Shown piece by piece: positions 27,609-31,623 of a DNA stretch of 31,623 bases; position 1 is the first letter of the stretch; each line of letters opens with the position of its first letter. The notes under the pieces are model-generated. The model was not told the DNA's origin. It was given only the letters and a program-made list of their open reading frames with translations, and made no database searches. Source of the stretch: an uncultured archaeon (GTDB lineage: Archaea; Asgardarchaeota; Heimdallarchaeia; Heimdallarchaeales; Heimdallarchaeaceae). The stretch spans positions 140,316 to 171,938 of the forward strand of contig CAZHRF010000001.1 in assembly GCA_964534625.1 (NCBI GenBank), given 5' to 3'. The position numbers and the translations under genes were made by a program.

Positions 27609-30074
27609 GTGAATAAATTAACTAAAAAACGTTATAACCCAAAGACATGTGATAAGGAAATATTTGACCTTTGGCAAGAAGAAAGAATATATGCCTTTAA
27701 TGATGATTCTAATGCTACTGTCTTTACAATAGATACCCCACCACCATATGCAAATGCTGCTTGGCATATGGGTGGAGCTATACATTATAGTGGAATAGAT
27801 ATGATTGCAAGATATAAAAGAATGCAAGGTTATAATGTTCTATTCCCGATGGGACTTGATAGAAATGGATTACCAATAGAAGTACAAACAGAGAAAAAAT
27901 TTAACATATCAATGCATCAAATCCCAAGAGAGGAATTTCTGAAGAAATGTAAAAGTATTTTGGATGAAGTAGGTGATATGATACTTAATATATGTCGAGT
28001 ACTAGGATTCAGTAATAATTCATTTAAATGGGAAGAAGTTTACAAGACAGATCAACCACAATATAGAGCATTAACACAAGCAACATTTATTCAGTTATTT
28101 AAAGACGGACTAATCTATGAGGATGAGCGTCCAAATAATTACTGTACCCGTTGTAAAACTACAATAGCTGATGCTGAAATTGATTATGAATCTGGCTCCC
28201 ATTATTTATATGATATTAAATTTAAGATAAAAGAGACGGGAGAAGACTTAGTAATATCAACAACCAGACCCGAGCTAATTCCCGCGATAGGGGTGGTAAT
28301 TTATAACCCGGATGATGAAAGATACACAAATCTTGAAGGTAAAACTGCTATAACGCCTATATTTGAGGATGAAGTTCCGATTAAAGCTCATCATTATGCA
28401 AAAATGGATTTTGGTACTGGTATAATGATGGTATGTGCATATGGAGATATCGCTGATGTTCAGATATTTAGAGAGCTGCAATTGGAACCAAATACTGTAA
28501 TAGATAAAAACGGTGAGATAAAACCAAACGTTCCAAAATATAAAGGCATGAAAATAAAAGAAGCTAGAAAAACCATTGCTAATGATTTAGAAGAACAAAA
28601 ATACACTGTAAACAAAAAAATGGTACCCCATAATTTTCCTACATGTTCAAGGTGTCATAAAGAAATTGAATTTCTCGCTATGCCCGAATACTATCTCGAA
28701 CAAATAAAATATGTTGATAATCTTAGGGATTATTTGAATGTTTTAAACTTTTATCCAAAGTTTATGAGACAAATTTGGATCGATTGGCTTAACACAATCT
28801 CTATTGATTGGCCAATTAGTCGACGTAGATATTATGGAACTGAAGTACCTATTTGGTATTGTAAAGGTTGTGGAGCATCCAATTTACCTGAACCTGGTCC
28901 TTATTATCAACCTTGGAATGATAACCCACCATTTGAGAGATGTGATAAATGTGGAAGTAATGAAGGATTTGAGGGAGATGAAAGAACCTTTGATACTTGG
29001 ATGGATTCTTCAATTAGTGAAATATATACAATTAAGCATCCTCATAATAAACTAAATATGAATTTATTTACTCGTTTAATTAAGGAAAGAGATTATATCG
29101 GTGATATGCGACCACAGGGAAAGGATATAGTACGCACTTGGTTTCATTATACAATGCTCAGGGCACACCAGTTGTATGAAAAACCTGCCTTTAAACATGT
29201 CTGGATTTCTGGTCATGTGGTCGATAAAAAAGGAGAAAAAATGTCTAAAAGTAAAGGTAATATCGTAAAACCTGAAGCTATGATAGAAAGATATGGTGGA
29301 GATGCTCTCAGACTGTTTGGCGCTTTAGAAGCAAGTCATGGTAGTGACATACGCTTTAATCAACAACGTCTACAAGGTGCTTCAAAGTTTATTAATAAAT
29401 TTTATAATATTGCCCGTTTCACAAGGAATTTCATCAATGACAAAATGGAAAATACCAAACTTGAGGCCTCTGATAAGTGGATATTATCGGAGCTAAAACA
29501 AACTCTACAAAAAAGTATTAAAGGTTATGAAGTATTTGATTTCCATGTACCTGCCCGTGAATTACGAAACTTTACGTGGGATATCTTTGCGTCGCATTAT
29601 ATAGAGCTGGTAAAAGGGCGAGCTTATAATAGGGATAATGCCTTTAAAGAAGAAGAACAAAAATCTGCCCATTATACATTGGGTGTATTACTTAATATAT
29701 TAACAAAGGCCTTTGCCCCTATAATTCCGTTTGTTACTGATTTCATTTATAGAGATCTTTTTGAAAAATCGGTACACACAGAATTATTCCCGGCTCCTAA
29801 TGATGTAATAGCAGAGTCAATGTTTCTTGATAAAACCGAATTAATAATGGAGGTTAACTCTGCCATATGGAAACAAAAGAAGGAAAATAGTCTTCCATTA
29901 AACGCAGATATAACTAAAGCCTATTTACCTGAAGATTTGAGGCCATTCTTTGTTGATTTACGTTCAATGCATTCAATTAAGGAGATCATAACAGAACCAA
30001 AGTTAGAACAGTTTAGTTCAGACGTGATAAAAATAGATATAAGTAGAAGCCATAAACTTCTGTTAGATTTCTAA
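27609..30074 (+). CDS. valS: Valine--tRNA ligase, archaeal type
   Basis: FTIDTPPPY, HMGG (HIGH-like), DWPISRRRYYG, DTWMDSS, RPQGKDIVRTW, KMSKS; GTG start after AAGGTGA. Confidence 0.96.
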   Translation: MNKLTKKRYNPKTCDKEIFDLWQEERIYAFNDDSNATVFTIDTPPPYANAAWHMGGAIHYSGIDMIARYKRMQGYNVLFPMGLDRNGLPIEVQTEKKFNISMHQIPREEFLKKCKSILDEVGDMILNICRVLGFSNNSFKWEEVYKTDQPQYRALTQATFIQLFKDGLIYEDERPNNYCTRCKTTIADAEIDYESGSHYLYDIKFKIKETGEDLVISTTRPELIPAIGVVIYNPDDERYTNLEGKTAITPIFEDEVPIKAHHYAKMDFGTGIMMVCAYGDIADVQIFRELQLEPNTVIDKNGEIKPNVPKYKGMKIKEARKTIANDLEEQKYTVNKKMVPHNFPTCSRCHKEIEFLAMPEYYLEQIKYVDNLRDYLNVLNFYPKFMRQIWIDWLNTISIDWPISRRRYYGTEVPIWYCKGCGASNLPEPGPYYQPWNDNPPFERCDKCGSNEGFEGDERTFDTWMDSSISEIYTIKHPHNKLNMNLFTRLIKERDYIGDMRPQGKDIVRTWFHYTMLRAHQLYEKPAFKHVWISGHVVDKKGEKMSKSKGNIVKPEAMIERYGGDALRLFGALEASHGSDIRFNQQRLQGASKFINKFYNIARFTRNFINDKMENTKLEASDKWILSELKQTLQKSIKGYEVFDFHVPARELRNFTWDIFASHYIELVKGRAYNRDNAFKEEEQKSAHYTLGVLLNILTKAFAPIIPFVTDFIYRDLFEKSVHTELFPAPNDVIAESMFLDKTELIMEVNSAIWKQKKENSLPLNADITKAYLPEDLRPFFVDLRSMHSIKEIITEPKLEQFSSDVIKIDISRSHKLLLDF

Positions 30075-30091
30075 ATCCTCCGGAAATTCTC

Positions 30092-30111
30092 CTTTTTTTG
30101 TTTTTTGTTTT
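30092..30111 (+). terminator. Oligo-T tract, probable valS terminator
   Basis: T7-G-T6-G-T5 run just downstream of the stop codon, typical of archaeal intrinsic termination. Confidence 0.55.
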
Positions 30112-30282
30112 TATTATAAATGCTCAAGAAAGCAAATTATTTTAAATGAGCACCAATGAAATAACTTGCTGGTTAGAATAGGGTGAAATTAGTAAGCGTT
30201 AATAAACCTTAAAAATCCTATCTTACCCGCTTATATATAGTTAGATAATATCAAATTAAATAATATTTGAGGAGATTCAAGA

Positions 30283-30744
30283 TTGCCATATAAGTATTCA
30301 ATTAAAACTGATCCAGATAGATCTGCAAAGGCGTCAGCACGTAATATTGATGTGTCGCCAAAAGCAACAAGAGAAGTATGCAAGGCTATCAAAGGGATGA
30401 AGATACATCAAGCAATAGAGTATTTAGAAGATGTTCTAGCCAAGAAGCGATCAGTGCCTTATAGAAGATATAAGAAAAATGTAGCTCATAGAAGTGATTT
30501 AAAGGGTTGGGGACCTGGTAGATACCCAAAAAAGGCTTGTACTGAGGTTCTAAAAGTTTTAAATAACCTTGAAAATAATGCAGAAGCTAACAAACTACAA
30601 GTAGATAAATGTATTATCATTCATGCTGCTACACTTCTTGGAACAAGACAAAAAGGGTCGTTTCCAAGAGCTCATGGACGATCAAGTCCAAAAACAAAAC
30701 AATTTGTGCATATTGAAATGATTGCTGAAGTACCAGAGGTGTAA
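30283..30744 (+). CDS. rpl22: 50S ribosomal protein L22 (uL22)
   Basis: VSPKATREVCKAIKGM, VPYRRY, GRYPKK, NAE, PRAHGRSSP, HIE; TTG start after GAGGAGA. Confidence 0.97.
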   Translation: MPYKYSIKTDPDRSAKASARNIDVSPKATREVCKAIKGMKIHQAIEYLEDVLAKKRSVPYRRYKKNVAHRSDLKGWGPGRYPKKACTEVLKVLNNLENNAEANKLQVDKCIIIHAATLLGTRQKGSFPRAHGRSSPKTKQFVHIEMIAEVPEV

Positions 30745-30747
30745 TGT

Positions 30748-31623
30748 TTGCCAACAACTAAAGATTTTTTGCAACGTAAATTTAGAGATAATCATATTGA
30801 CGAGTATTTAGCGGATGAATTGCGTAATGCTGAATATGGGGGGTGTGAGATTAGAAGAACTCCCTTAGGTGATAGGGTCGTTTTAAGAGCTGGCCGAGTT
30901 GGATTAGCAATTGGTGCTAGAGGAAAAACGGTTCGCCGGATTACAGAGATTTTACGCACTAAGTTTGGCTTAGATAATCCGCAAGTTGAGGTTTTGGAAG
31001 TACCAGAACCCGAACTTGACGCGAGGATAATGGCCTTTCGATTGGCATCGTCCCTAGAACGAGGAAGACATTTTAGGAGATCTGCACATGGGATCATGAG
31101 ACGTATAATTGGTTCAGGTGCCAAAGGTGTAGAGATTATTATTAGTGGAAAAATAACGAGCCAAAGAGCTCGTGTAGAGACATTTAGATCTGGCTTTGTT
31201 GCAAAATGTGGGTATCCTGCTTCAAAATATGTGGATGTAGGAAAAGCTACAGCTTTAATAAGAAGAGGTTTAATCGGTGTAAAAGTAAGATTAATGCAAC
31301 CCGATGCCGAATTACCTGATGATATTGAAATTCTTGCTGAACCAACAGCTGATGGATTAGAGTTATTTACGGATGATGAGTTGTTAGAGGGAGAGGAAGA
31401 TGAGGAAGTTGAAGAAGAGCTCTCTGAAGAAGATGAATTATACGGAGAAACAATGGAAGAACTAGAAGAGTACCCAGATATAGAAATGGACGAAGAGGAA
31501 GTTGAAGAAGAAATCGTTGAAGATGAATTTGATGAATTAGATGAAATTGACGAAGAAAAATCAGAGACAGAAAAATCAGAGACAGAAAAATCAGAGACAG
31601 AAAAATCAGAGACAGAAAAATCA
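30748..31623 (+). CDS. rps3: 30S ribosomal protein S3 (uS3) with long acidic C-terminal extension, truncated at window end
   Basis: Not in the ORF track. TTG 30748 after GAGGTG: MPTTKDFLQRKFRDNHIDEYLADELRNAEYGGCEIRRTPLG...GLAIGARGK...ERGRHFRR...GAKGVEIIISGK...GLIGVKVRLM..LPDDI; no stop before 31623. Confidence 0.97.
   Translation, partial: MPTTKDFLQRKFRDNHIDEYLADELRNAEYGGCEIRRTPLGDRVVLRAGRVGLAIGARGKTVRRITEILRTKFGLDNPQVEVLEVPEPELDARIMAFRLASSLERGRHFRRSAHGIMRRIIGSGAKGVEIIISGKITSQRARVETFRSGFVAKCGYPASKYVDVGKATALIRRGLIGVKVRLMQPDAELPDDIEILAEPTADGLELFTDDELLEGEEDEEVEEELSEEDELYGETMEELEEYPDIEMDEEEVEEEIVEDEFDELDEIDEEKSETEKSETEKSETEKSETEKS
31555..31623 (+). repeat. Perfect 15-bp tandem repeat GAAAAATCAGAGACA (4 full copies + partial), encoding (EKSET)n
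   Basis: Copies start at 31555, 31570, 31585, 31600 and 31615; the array runs off the window end. Confidence 0.97.

Noticed and set aside
24944-30074. Inteins or large insertions in Hef and ValRS
   Set aside because: Lengths and motif spacing look normal; no intein terminal or homing-endonuclease motifs were seen.
3434-31124. Short ORF-track entries antisense to or overlapping real genes (e.g. 3434-3631, 3926-4111, 5304-5510, 6763-6981, 9396-9659, 11306-11653, 19009-19248, 21098-21358, 22739-23083, 28804-29055, 30792-31124)
   Set aside because: They are shadow frames of well-supported conserved genes, typically Ser/Phe/Leu-rich, with no motifs. 30792-31124 is the antisense shadow of rps3.
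31555-31623. Tandem repeat as a possible CRISPR array
   Set aside because: The 15-bp units are head-to-tail with no spacers and lie in frame within rps3; no cas genes are present.

Overview
AT-rich archaeal chromosomal segment made up almost entirely of housekeeping genes. An Asgard/Heimdallarchaeia-like source is my impression only and needs phylogeny to confirm. From left to right: a truncated membrane-anchored coiled-coil ORF; a rearranged information-processing cluster (csl4, DUF2067, rpoL, RNase III-like gene, DUF99, aIF2-alpha, nop10, then on the minus strand srp54, trmY-like, pus10, rpl21e, rpoF, DUF655, ksgA, prmC/hemK, trmJ and a METTL5-like gene); intron-containing tRNA-Leu(TAA); pyrH; a non-discriminating-type aspS; aRF1; a small winged-helix gene and a cupin PGI-like gene; intron-containing tRNA-Ile(GAT); a complete 2-oxoacid dehydrogenase operon (E1a, E1b, E2, E3, lplA); a UPF0148 zinc finger; Hef; valS; and the start of a ribosomal protein cluster (rpl22, rps3 with a repeat-built acidic tail, cut by the window end). 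I see no CRISPR array, transposase, integrase or intein. The most unusual signals are: (1) an E3 subunit that keeps its FAD, disulfide and His-Glu machinery but has lost the NAD-binding signature; (2) full-length apparent pseudo-enzymes (a cupin PGI lacking its three metal-binding histidines, and a TrmY lacking its conserved motifs); (3) an unannotated ~130-nt structured island between UPF0148 and hef; (4) variant stop-codon-recognition motifs in aRF1. All motif comparisons were made by eye against family consensus recalled from knowledge, not computed.
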